Of a DNA stretch of 64,000 bases, positions 50,111 to 62,395 are shown piece by piece. Under the pieces are notes generated by a model that was given only the letters and a program-made list of their open reading frames with translations, did no database searches and was not told the origin of the DNA. Position 1 is the stretch's first letter. Every line of letters begins with the position of its first letter. The stretch comes from Camelus dromedarius (Eukaryota): the NCBI RefSeq assembly GCF_036321535.1, contig NC_087454.1, positions 32,054,001-32,118,000 on the forward strand, written 5' to 3'. Both the position numbers and the translations under genes were made by a program.

Positions 50111-53100
50111 CCAGGATCATCAGATCAAGAAGTGTAACCGCCATGTGAGCAAACACGGCTCATGGGAAGTCATGAAGAAACTATTTCGCATCTCATTGTC
50201 CTATTGTTTTTGCTCAGTGGGGCTATTTCCCCCTCTACTCAGCTCAGGTTAACTGGGCAGCCTTATGATTTACCCTAAAGGAATCATTCCTGTTTAATTT
50301 ATTAAACAGAGTCTCCTTTCAGCCTTTTAAATGTCCAGTCCGACATATTCATCAAAAACGCAAACCTTGATTTAAGCCATCTCCTGCTCTCCAGGCCAGA
50401 TCCCTCTGCAGGCAAAAATCTAAGGGAAGAAGGTTAGCCGGCTTCTTCTCTTTCCTCCCCTATTTCTTCTGCTCCTCCTCCCCTTCTCTCCTCCAACAAT
50501 GGGACAAGTGGATAGGAAATTGCAAGAGAGGCCACGCTGCTCTCTATAAATGTCTGGTCTGTACACATTGCAAGTCTCTCCCCAAATTTTGGAAGAGCAG
50601 TTTCCTACCAAACGCCCACCACTCTTCACTGGGTTCCAGGACCAAAGATCCTTCTCTCCCTGTTTCCTCAGTCCTTGAGGGGGTAGCTCTGTTTCAGACC
50701 CTTGGATGTGTCACTGTCCCTTGCTGGTTTCTTTAGTCCTGCCCACACGTGTTTCTTCTTAGGACCACAACTGATAGACCAGCTATGCAGTACCGTGCAG
50801 CTATCAAATCCTGTGAAAGGAACTAGATGTACTGACCTAAAAACAATCCCACCGTGGATAGATTAGATTTTCAAAAGGCCGAAAAAGATACCCACAGTTG
50901 TATCATTTATCCATAACCAAGATTTGCCATGTTTGGGTGGAATGTTATATTTCCAACACTTAGGTATTTCAAACTCACAGTGAACTTTAATAGAAAAAAA
51001 AAAAGAGTTGAGTATAAAATACACATTTGGACAATGCAGTGGTTTACAAAGATCTTTAACTGTCAAATATATAAACAATTGATAATCTTCGACCACTTAT
51101 GCCATTTCAGCCCCAGTACTGGGGCGTTAATGCAACCCTGCCTGAAGTCCCACACCTCCGGGCTGGATCACAAAGAACCATGATTCCACAGCAACACAAA
51201 TAACTATTTACAGGACCATCGCCGGTCACCACGCACTGTGACACACCAGCATCACACACTCTAGTAACTTTAATTATTATGATACTTTAGTTTATAAACT
51301 GATGATCAAAGAACAGACATAAAGCCTTAAAAAATTCTCGTGTTTAGACATCCAGATAGTACACCTCTTGCCAAATTAAATTCTACTAGTTCAAAATCTT
51401 GAGAGTTCCCCAGGTGAAATCTGAAACTAAGGCCCATACATGAGGGCCCAGAGAGACTGGAGGAAGAAGCTGCCACTCCACACTGTGGTCGTGACAGGTT
51501 TAAAAAGAAAGAGAACTTACTTTGAGGCTTGTCTTGGGTGTCGCAAGATGAACAGATCTCCACAGTTCCCGCCAGAGTCTTGAAACTGGGTTCAGTCACG
51601 CACCCCAACCTGATAATCTCAACGACAAAGTGCTCTCTCCAGGCTGTGCCCCACTGTGGGAACAGTGCGCAGAGTGTACGTTCCAAGGACTAGGAGAGGG
51701 TGAGGAGCCTCCATTGTCTGGGTTCAGTTTGCAGGTCAACCAGCAGTCACATCCTCTCCATGACCTCCTCCAACCAATGCCTAGAAAATAATATTCAAAC
51801 GTCAACGTATGAATGACAACTACCTCTGGGTATGGAATAAAAATTGGTATGGGCACAGGAAAAATGTATTGTTTTGTTCTCTAAACTTCTCTATTATTGA
51901 AAAACAATTTTACAGTGAACCCATGCTTATTTTTCTATTAAGTTAACGATTTTAAATAAAATATGTTACAAAAACGATCGGATCTTCTAGATAAAATCCT
52001 GACAAAATTTTGATAATTCTATGGCAGAGAGAAAGAAAACAGAACAATTTGACTACTCACAGAGCTCTCTGAGGTCAGCACTTAAAAGAATGGGTTACAT
52101 TGTAAATCAACCATACTCCAATTTAAAAATTTTTTAAATAAAAATAAAAGAAATGGTTAAAAAGAGAGAGAGAATTGACACAGATCATTAGGATCACTGA
52201 ACAGACAGTGTGAATTTAATGCCTTAAATTAAGCAGGCAGGTCTGTAGCAAAATGGCCAGAATAGCCCAAAGCCCAGACTGCCAGACTGTGTTGCGATCT
52301 ATGAAAAAAACTCAAGACAATAATATACATATGTAATACATTTGCTAAGAACAGACAAGAACATACACCAAACAAGAGAGGAGACTGGGGAAGATGTATA
52401 CTTTTGTTAACCTGACAGAAACAACAGAATGACAGACACTCAATATTATTTTCTTTGGTTTTCTTTAACAGAGAGAAGTCAAGAAAGGGTGTCAGGGGAG
52501 AATTGAAACTCAGTATGTACGTGAGAGATGGTTAAGAGGGGGAATACCTTCCGTCGGGGCTCTTCTGTGATTACAGGGAGGCAGGAGCGAATCGTGACAG
52601 GTGCAGGGACCCTTCATCCACCTCACAGATTTCATCCTTCCCCCCTACAGGATAATGGCAAGCCCAGTCCCCTCAGCCCGGTCTCCCCTCAAGAACTCAT
52701 ATCAAGAAGGCAGAGACAGCTGGCTCAGAGAGGTCTTGGCTGCTGTGCCCAAGAGGCTGGACCGAGGAGGAGCACCACCCCCTCTCAGGAAGGAGCCTCC
52801 CGTCACCTTTGAGGCAACTGCTCTTAAAATAATCTCAGAAAATTTTCCTGCCCTTTGTGGCATTTAGTATCTTCTTGAGTTCTGACTGTACACCAGACAT
52901 AGGGTATCTGTCCATAAACATGGCAGCTGGACAGTTCTGAATTTGGTGATGGACTTGTTTCAGTACTAGCACCTTTTGACAAATCCTTCAAACAATGTAA
53001 CCAGAGCTTTTCAAACCATCTTTCCACTTGCCCACCTGGTTTCACCCACTGCTGATCCCTCAGTCGTCAAGAAATAGGAGACTTTATGACCCTGACCATA

Positions 53101-53219
53101 CCTGAGAGCTGGTTTAAACTTAAAATATGCAAACCCATCTTGACTTTAACATGGTGCTGGTAACCACAGCTCTAGGTCACACATAGGCTGAGGGCTGCTC
53201 TAGGGAGCTGAACAGAAAT

Positions 53220-53932
53220 TGGGAATGTAATTTGGTGCACCACTATGAAAAGCCAGGATGGAGGTTCCTTAAAAAATGAAAAATAGAGTTACCATATGAT
53301 CTAGCAGTCTCACTCCTGGGCATATATCTGGAGAAAACTTTAATTAAAAAAGATACATGCACCCCAATGTTCACAGCAGCACCATATACAATAGCCAAGA
53401 CATGGAAGCAGCTTAACTGTCCATCAGCAGGTGACTGGATAAAGAAGTCGTGGTGTATACGTATACAATGGAATACAGTCAGCTATTAAAAAAAAAAAAG
53501 CCATCTGCAGCAACATGATAGACCTAGAGATGATCATACTAAGTGAAGTAAGTCAGACAGAGAAAGAGAAATATCATATGATATCACTTACATGTGGAAT
53601 CTAAAAAATGATACAAATGAACTTATTTATAAAACAGAAACAAACACATAGACATAGAAAACAAACTTACAGTTACCAAAGGGGAAGGGGCAGGAGCAAG
53701 GGATAAATTAGGAATATGGGATTAGCAGATCCAAACTACTATATATAAAATAGATAAACAACACGGTCCTACTGTACAGCACAGGGGACTATATTCAATA
53801 TCTTGTAATAGCCTAAATGAAAAGAATATAAAAAAGAATATATATATGTATAACTGGATCACTATACTGTACACCAGAAACTAACACAATACTGTAAATC
53901 AACTATACTTCAATAAAAAAATAAGAAAAAAA
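53220..53932 (+). mobile_element. L1 ORF2 end plus 3' UTR (cetartiodactyl type)
   Basis: AAATAGAGTTACCATATGATC..AAAGATACATGCACCCCAATGTTCACAGCAGC..CATACTAAGTGAAGTAAGTCAGACAGAGAAAG..AAATCAACTATACTTCAATAAAAAA. Confidence 0.95.
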
Positions 53933-54744
53933 TTAACAATTTATTTCATATTTTTATATGCTCAGAAATCCAAATCCCTAACTTCTAAGATAATTTTGCG
54001 AACTTTTTTTTTTAGATGAGGACTGTTTGTAGAAGTGTTTTTCTAAGTTGTCACAATTAATTCAAATTTATGAAATATTTTCATTTCATTTTATTTCATA
54101 CACAGGAGGCAAAGGAGCGAAGTGATCACCATCTAATTTCTGAGGACCTTTCCCAAATGTGCCTTTACAGACGTGCCTCTGTTCTGGGCCTTCATCTGAA
54201 ACGGGAAATTCTTCTGCACCATCAGTACTGACGGGAGGTGGTGAAGCATAAGGGCAAAACTGGCAATCACAGTCTCTCTCCAGACTTTTAATGTACAAGT
54301 GCAAACTTAAGTTTCCAAACTTTAAGATAAGTAGCAATAGATCAATATTAGCAGTATGTAGGATCTTTTTAATATGAAATTTTATGAAGCAGTTACCTCT
54401 ATTAAAAATAGAATTACCTATAAATTTATATAAACCAATGGTTGCAAACTGACTAATTGAAATCAATTGATCATCATCAAATATTGTACTCAATTATAAA
54501 TTATTAGCTGTAAAAATGAGAGTGACATACAGAAATAGCTCACTGCTTAATAAATACAACTGTGGACTATTATTGTAGCATGTACTTTAACCCCCTTCCA
54601 GCTGTGGCTTCCTTTAGTTTCTGCAAACATGAAAGGAACAAATTAAAAAATAAAATCAGAGCAAAATGAAAATGAGGATTTACTTTGAAGTTAGACAGAT
54701 CAGAATGCTTAAAAAATGTTTTTTCATTTTCTTAAATTGAAAGA

Positions 54745-55010
54745 GTGGTAGTTTTTTTGAGGACCCTTCATACCATTTTCCACAGTGCTGCCCAGTTTAC
54801 AGTCCAACTAACAGCATGCGAATCCCTTTTCTCCACATCCTCACCAACATTTATTACTCGTAGGCTTTTTGATGATAGGCATTTTTGCAGATATGAGATA
54901 CCTCATTTTGATTCTGATTTGCATTTCTCTGATGATTAGTGATGCAGAGCATTTTCTCACATGCCTATTGGCCATCTGTATGTCTTCTTAGGAAAAACAT
55001 CTCTTTGGGC
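54745..55010 (-). mobile_element. L1 ORF2 fragment
   Basis: CTCCACATCCTCACCAACATTT..GATTTGCATTTCTCTGATGATTAGTGATG..GGCCATCTGTATGTCTTCTT. Confidence 0.9.
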
Positions 55011-55693
55011 AGACAGACCAGAGTTTTGATCCCAGCTCTTTTGCTGACTACAAGTGTGACCTTGGGCCTAAGCTTCCTCATCTTCTAATTAGGTTAATTG
55101 GCATTGACCTTATTGTGATTAAAGAGAGTCATGTTTTTTGATAAAGCCCGTCATAGTGCCCGTCACATGGAAGCACCTTATAAATGGTTAACTTATTATC
55201 ATGCAGAGTTAACTAAATTTCTATAAATATTATACTGGATATGGAAAAGACAGAATGCTTTATGAGTACATTGTATTGATACCTACACAAAAAGGTAAAC
55301 AATCACAGTGTGTATAAACTGCTTTCCTGATTCATCGTGTTTCCTCAACAGACCCTGCTCTCTTTGTGCCTCTGCATTTCCATCAAGCGTGTTGATGAGT
55401 GAGAACTCTCTTTAGGAAAGTAACCTTCACTTGATTAAAAGAAAATAAAGGCAACAGTTACAAAGAGAATGTCTATGTACACACATTATGAGTAAAAATA
55501 CACTTTGCAAAATCCTTTTTATTGAAACAAGCCATTTCTAAGTGGAAAAATGACATATGCTGTAGCTGTCGCTCCATCTCTCTCTGATTACTGCTGTTGG
55601 TGGTTAATAAGGATTTCAAAAGAAGCAGTAACAGTAAACAATAATGTTTAGTGCCCAACATTTGTACAACATGTTGGAGTTTTCAAAGTGAGA

Positions 55694-55915
55694 AACAGCA
55701 TAGCATAGGGGTTACAGAAATGGGTCCCCAGTCCAAGGAGATTGTGTCAAAATCCCAGACCAAACATTTAAAAGCTGTGAAAGTCTGGGTAAGTTGCTTA
55801 ACCTCTCTGGGTCTCATTTTTCTCGTTTCTAAAATGTGGATAATAATAGCCCCAAATCACCAAAATTGTTTTGAAAATGGAATTGATGTTTATAAACCAT
55901 TTCAAATAATGCCTC
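55694..55915 (+). mobile_element. MIR SINE
   Basis: ACAGCATAGCATAGGGGTTA..AATCCCAG..GGGTAAGTTGCTTAACCTCTCTGGGTCTCATTTT..AAAATGTGGATAATAATAG. Confidence 0.85.
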
Positions 55916-55940
55916 CACAAAGAACACTATTTAAAGGTTT

Positions 55941-56137
55941 ATGTATATAAAACATAAACAGCAAGGACCTACTGCACAGCACAGGGAATTACATTCAATT
56001 TCTTGTAAGAAGCTATAATGGAAAAGAATCTGGGGAAAAAAATACATACGTATTGGTATAACTGAATCACTGCCGTACACCTAAAAATATCATTGTAAAT
56101 CAACTACACATCAGTAAAAAATAAAATAGAATAAAAA
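55941..56137 (+). mobile_element. Short 5'-truncated L1 tail with a 9-bp TSD
   Basis: AACAGCAAGGACCTACTGCACAGCACAGGGAA..AACTGAATCAC..GTAAATCAACTA; TAAAGGTTT at 55932-55940 and 56138-56146. Confidence 0.85.
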
Positions 56138-58690
56138 TAAAGGTTTGGGTGGGATACTGTTTGCTTTATAAATAACACTATTTTAAACACTGTTTCATAC
56201 TGTTTAAAAGCGAACACTAGTTAAGGGTTGGCCAAATAAATATTTCAACTGATCCTCAAAGCAAGGCTGTGAAGAAGGCAGGAAATTTGCCACGATTCAC
56301 AGATGGATCTAGGGGAACATGGTAGTTAAGGTCCTTACACAAGCTCATACAGCTTGTCAGTGGAATATATGAGTAGAGGTTCTGTTTATTAAAACTGAAC
56401 CACTCCCAGTTTCTTAGAAATCTTGTTTTGGAGGTAGCCCCTGAAAACCTACTCGGATAAACCAGGTGGAAAGAAGGGGGTCGGCTTTTTCAAACTATGG
56501 CAACAGAATTAGTTTAATCACGCAGTTGTCAAAGCAAAACTCCAGACACTGAAAACATTTGGCCTACATAATAAATGTTTTATTGAGTTTAATTAACTTC
56601 ATGGGAGTAGGAAGGTGAGAGAGAAAAGGAAGTATCCTTCCTTCTCTACAAAACAAACATGGAAATAAAAATGTTTCTGTGTATAAGCTCCCCAAGTTCT
56701 TTGTGGCTTGGAATAATAGATGCTTTTTTTTTTTTTTTTTAGAGCTGGAGGAAATTTTAGACATCTAATATCCTAGATTTATAGAATACCAAATTGAAGC
56801 TCAGAAAGGTAAAATAAGTTTTCCAAAATTACAATGCTAATTAGACACAGAGCTGGTTACATATTAAAAAATATGTAATTCTTCCTTCTGGGGCATAATA
56901 TTTCTTGGTTACAGGAATATTAGCTGTATTATCTCCATCCAGTTCCTCCCTCCAAGCAGACTCTTAAATCAGTCTCTGTTTCAGACCAGAAAATTCCCAT
57001 ACCTGGAGACCAAGCAGACGAGGGCTTTAAAAAAAGGTCAATGCAATTTGTCCTCTCACATTATAAAGTCAGATTAAATTACAGGTATAGCTGTTAAAGG
57101 AGACGTGTTTATTCCTCTGTAATACACACAGTGAAACAAAGTTGGATCATTTACTTTGTCCTCCTTTTTCCTGCAGTTTCAGGGGCTGACCATCCTAATT
57201 GTGTTTAAGGAAAGCAATTACTGAAGAGTTCCTTTAGACATGCAAATCTAATGGCCTATTTCTATAGTGCAGGAAAGAAAACTCTTTGTGGAATCATAAT
57301 GTTAGCGTATTTGAAGTTATCTAAAAGGGTTTACAAGTTGCCTTCCCCTTGAGAAAAAATATGGAACAGGGCATTTGTGCTCGCTGGTGCTAAAATAAAC
57401 AATAATTTCCTTCCTTCTGTATATCACCACTGACATGTTGTCTCCTTTCATGGCCAACAGAAACCTACACTCAAATCTATTTGATTGTATGAATTGATGC
57501 TTTTGCTTAGTGACTGAGAACTAGAAACAGAAAGGGTCTTGGTTGGGTAGTGCAGGACCAGGGAATTATAAAGGAAGAGTTAAAGGCTGGAGGAAAAGGA
57601 TGGAGGGGATGTGGAGGCTCTTCCAAATCGGTCCCTTGACTTGGTTTTTGAACTGGCAGAGCAGGGACAGAGTGACAGATGCAAAGGCAAATTGGGACGT
57701 TGAAGATTCTGGGCATAAGTGGAGCTGCTTCAGGACCCAAGAGATAAAGAATGGCCCAGAGATGTGGAAGCTGGTGTTGTTTCTGTGTGGAGCCCAGAGC
57801 ACAGAACCCAGCAATGGGAACCTCCAGATGTAACTTTCATGGCTGGACGAGGCATCCCCATGACTGGCAGTGACTGCTGTGAGTCGGCTCTGGTTTGGTC
57901 AGAAGATGTGTGAACAGGGGAGCCAAACCAGGAGAGTAAGAACAGAACAGACACGTGGAGGTATCTGCTGCCCATAGGTTTGCATGCAAGTGAGTGGTTA
58001 ACTCTTGGATATGACTTGGCGATACTGAGAGAGGGCCGGCGTCCTGCTATCTTTAGAGGTGAGGGCACTGGAGGCAATAGCCACATCCCTTACAAGAATA
58101 TATTTCAAGTCATCCACAGAGATGCTATCATTGCCTTCAGTTTCTCTTCTTACAAGTCTCGACAGACTCTGTGTCATCCGTCATAGGATAATAGACTCAC
58201 ACAGGCGTAACTGGAAATGAGTGATTTTCATATCTGTATGTTCATATATTGTTCACATGTCATTAATACTGTCACCACCTGCTTATTTAGCTTCACTCAA
58301 TGCAGAACCGTATCTACAGTATGTTTGACAGACTGTCATCTAATCCTTCAATTTTGTTGGCTCTAAATTCTTATTATAGTAAGTAAGTCCTATTTATAGT
58401 AAACCCAAGGCAGTCCCTTGGTGACTCTCATTCTCGGTTCCTACTTCTGCCCTTTGCAGCAACAGACCTGTTCTTCTGCATGACGTGCCTTCAGCTCCGT
58501 CCTGTGTTTTCACTTTCCCAGTCTGACTATCTACCCTGTTCTTCGGCTACTGAACTTGTATTTGGGTTCCTGTCTTTCCTTATCTTAGTCTTCCCTAAAC
58601 ACGGATTATAGTATTTACCTTGAGACCCAAGATTTCAAGGTGGGCTCACCTCAAGGTATTTCCTCCTTTGGTAAAGACAATGTACGTCTC

Positions 58691-58871
58691 AGGGGGAGGG
58701 TATAGCTCAAGTGTATAGTGTGTGCTTAGCATGCACGAGGTCCTGGGTCAATCCCCTGTATCTCCCCTAAAAATAAATAAATAGATAAATAAATGAATTA
58801 AATAAATTACCTCCTCTCCCCACAAAATAAGATAAAATGAAAAATGAAAAAAAAACTCAAAAAATTTGAAA
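58691..58871 (+). mobile_element. Camelid tRNA-derived SINE (Vic-1 type)
   Basis: GGGGGAGGGTATAGCTCAAGTG..TGCTTAGCATGCACGAGGTCCTGGGTCAATCCCC (degenerate A and B boxes), A-rich tail and 18-bp TSD AAAGACAATGTAC(G/A)TCTC at 58673-58690 and 58872-58889. Confidence 0.9.
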
Positions 58872-59039
58872 AAAGACAATGTACATCTCTACTTTCAAAA
58901 ATAAGGACCTTAAATAAAATATGAAGTCACTGAAAAGAAGTGGTATTGGCAGGAAAGCATTTTATAATCTCAGCCGCCGCCTTCTGTGGGAGAGAGTGAA
59001 GGGAGATACATGTTGTAAAGTGACTCTTAAAAGCTTGAA

Positions 59040-59165
59040 ACACATCATTACGATCCTCATGAAAATCCTGGGTATTATCAGCTCCATTTTACAGAGGAGG
59101 AAACTGAGGTTCAGAGATGTTCCATAACTTCACTAAGGCACCCAGCTGGCATGACAGACCCTGGA
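59040..59165 (-). mobile_element. MIR SINE fragment
   Basis: CCATTTTACAGAGGAGGAAACTGAGGTTCAGAGA. Confidence 0.85.
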
Positions 59166-60970
59166 TCTATGAGTGTATATAATACGTATATAAATTCAAA
59201 TAGAGGTTTCTCTGACTCTAAATGGTACTTACTTCTCCCAGTTCTTGCTCCTTTATCTTGACATTTTAGGAGTGGAGAAAGCATCTAAAGCAGCATCTTA
59301 TACACTTAAAATACTCATCCTAATTTATAAAAGAGAAGTAGGAGTGGGTAGATATGGCAGGAGCAATGGTCCTCAAGGCACAGTACACAAGAGCAATGAT
59401 TCTAAGATGAACAGAGTTTCAGGCCCCCTTCATATGGTAATGGGTGGAGACGCCTCGTAGAGAGAGCCTACACCCTGGTATTTTCACATGAATCTGTCTC
59501 CTCTGTCTTGCATGTGTGTAGTTCTTTTCAGGGGGATGAGAGCAAATAAGGACATTTGCCTCACTTCCTATTAGATTTCATCCCTTTCCCCACCTCTTTT
59601 TTTTTTTTTTTTTCCAAATGTCCATTTCTCTGGCCTGTTCCTTCTGCCATCCAGGGAATCTGTTGTGTCAGTATTACATCATCCACATACCTGGGCCTTC
59701 TGGGTCTTCATTCAGCCTCTGATATAAATCTTGAAATGAACCGAATGTAGGGCAGAGAGGGGCAGACTTCACGGCTTTCTATACCCTGGCCTGTACGTAG
59801 TGAAGATCAGAATTGGAAGGATGAAAGGCTTCCGTGAAAGCACGCTCACTGGAGAAAATCTCTCCGGAATTACTAACATCAGTGTCCCCTTCTTCTTTTA
59901 TATCACACACACACAAAAAGACCACCAAAACAAAGAAAAAAAATGCACAAAGTAAATAAATCCAATACCATAACAATAACAATAATGTTAAGAGAAAGGT
60001 AATGATATAATACTGATAAGTTAAACAAATTTCGTAGAATGTAAACAAATCCTTTGACAGCACAGATCACGTAAGTATCAGACCCTGATAAGACCAGTCT
60101 CTGATTTGAAGTCCTTACTATCAAACACTACTCTCTCTAAACACCTAAGTCTTCCGTGTTTCTCAGCTTTTGGATATACTTGTTTTTCTCCTCAGCCTTT
60201 CATTGACCTCTGGTCCTCAGGATGGAAAGCTGGCAGAGAGCCGGAGTGACCGTCACCTTCCAAAAACAGGACTCTAGCCACCAACATGCATCCCTGAAGA
60301 TCCTTAACACTTCTGTATAAGGGACCCGCTACGTACGCTCTAAAAACTCCGTGACTTTGTGTCCATGCATGCATGATGTCCCTGCTTTTCAAAGCTGAAT
60401 TAAAGAATAGTTTGCCACTGCAAATATCACTGAATGTTTTCTTAGACAGAATGTAAAAACTATTAAGGGTTGTTTTAAAAAGTAAAATGGCTTTTCATCT
60501 TTGGGAGATGGTTTTATTGTGTTTCTTCCTGAAGCATGGGATAGCTTAATAATTCTTTTAAGAATTCAGGATTTAGAAGACAAACCCATACCATGGTATT
60601 TGGTCATCCTGGTAAAATCTGGGAATTTTTTTTTTTTTCCCAAATGCTTACACTGTCACTAAGTGTTGGGTGAGCTGCTTCAAATGCAGTGATGTGTTGG
60701 TTCTGTAAGTCAGCAATGGCTGCTGTGGGGAATAACAAAAAATGACAAGATAAGGATCCATCCTCAGGTAGAGGGGATGCTTAACCACCTTGTGATAAGA
60801 GGCAGAATTACGCATGTAAATAACAGGAACATAACCCCAATACACGCTGAAAGATGTTCAACAGCATACGATGGCAAATCTATATGCAAACTAGAGCCCA
60901 ATATTTCAAAGTGCAGTTGGTTTTGACACTGCTGATTGAATCACTGCACTCACTCAGGATGGGTATTCTT

Positions 60971-61367
60971 TTTTTTTTTTTTAACATTTTTTATTGAGTT
61001 CTAGTCATTTTATGATGTTGTGTCAAATTCCAGTGTAGAGCACAATTTTTCAGTCATACATGAACATACATATATTGTCACATTTTTTTTTTCGCTGTGA
61101 GCTACCGCAAGATCTTGTATATATTTCCCTGCGCTATACAGTATAATCTTGTTTATCTATTCTACACTTTGAAATCCCAGTCTGTCCCTTCCCATGCCCC
61201 GCCCCCTTGGCAACCACAAGTTTGTATTCTATGTCTGTGAGTCTGTTTCTGTTTTGTATTTATGTTCTTTTTTTTTTTTTTTCAGATTCCACATATGAGC
61301 GATCTCATATGGTATATTTCTTTCTCTTTCTGGCTTACTTCACTTAGAATGACATTCTTCAGGAACA
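60971..61367 (-). mobile_element. Young camelid L1 3' end, 5'-truncated, with a perfect 16-bp TSD
   Basis: Poly-T then ACATTTTTTATTGAG..GTAGAGCACAATTTTTCAG..CTTGGCAACCACAAGTTTGTATTC; CAGGATGGGTATTCTT at 60955-60970 and 61368-61383. Confidence 0.92.
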
Positions 61368-62361
61368 CAGGATGGGTATTCTTAACAGCCCAAATTTGAA
61401 ATGATTTCAGAATTCACCATTAAAATACAAATTTCATTATTTGACACTTTAGTCAGCTATTGAACTTAAGTAAAATTTCCCAGAGAAGAGACTGGTTTTC
61501 ATAAAAGTGGACCTGGACACTGTACCTTGTCTAAGCTTTCATCCATTAGCTTAAATCATAGGACAAACAAACATATGTGGTGGCAATCTCCCAAAGATTT
61601 ATGCATAAAGAAATACTACACAGCAAACTTGAGCTGGTGTTTGAAGCAGAGAAGGTGAACTAAATCTAGGTCCTGTTTATCATTCACAAATCTAATTATT
61701 CTTTTATTTATCTCCTCTCATTAAATGGCAAACACAGGAGCCCCTAATACATTTGACCTTCATAAATGTGTGTCAATTTCACACCTCACTTTACTGAGTG
61801 CAAACTGAGATTTACTCAAAATTTTCATATAGTGACAGTCATAATTCATACACACATTATCATATTACTGTCCTTCAGAGTAAAATTTCCGTGTTGAGTG
61901 CCCAATATTCACAACACACTGACAGGTGTGCACCAGTGTATACGTGTGCTAACAATATGTGCTGATGAACGCGTATTACCACCTCATGGGGTAAAATTAA
62001 GAACTCTAAGGAACAGGTAGTCCAGGACGAGAATTTACATTTCTGAGTTCTTGAAGGACATATAAAGGAATGACTCTTAGATCCCGAGTGACATAGCAGC
62101 TGCTTTACCACAGTTCTCATCCCCTGACCTTTCTAAGTAGAAAGACTTGAAGCCATTGATCACAGACGTCCTCTGTTCTACGAATAAGCTGAAGCCCAGA
62201 GTGGTGATGTGACTCTCCATAAACCACGTACCTACTTCACAGCAGGACCAGGGCTAGAACCTCAGCCGTAACTACTTTTTATTAGAGTCCTTGTCTATTG
62301 CAGGCACTCTACTTACAGTGTTTCTAATTACAGCTACAATCCTCTACTGCATGTGTGCATT

Positions 62362-62395
62362 CCTCCTCCTCCTCCTCCTCCTGCTCCTCCTTCTT
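62362..62395. repeat. (CCT)n trinucleotide repeat
   Basis: CCTCCTCCTCCTCCTCCTCCTGCTCCTCCTTC read directly. Confidence 0.9.

Noticed and set aside
53220-55010. Plus and minus L1 pieces as one 5'-inverted (twin-primed) insertion
   Set aside because: The inverted piece lies about 800 bp beyond the poly-A tail instead of upstream, there is no shared TSD, and the two look different in age.
57377-57400. U6 snRNA 5' fragment (GTGCTCGCT)
   Set aside because: Only 9 nt match and similarity stops immediately, which is expected by chance.
58691-58765. tRNA gene
   Set aside because: It is the tRNA-derived head of a SINE, with a damaged B box, an A-rich tail and TSDs, and no intact cloverleaf.
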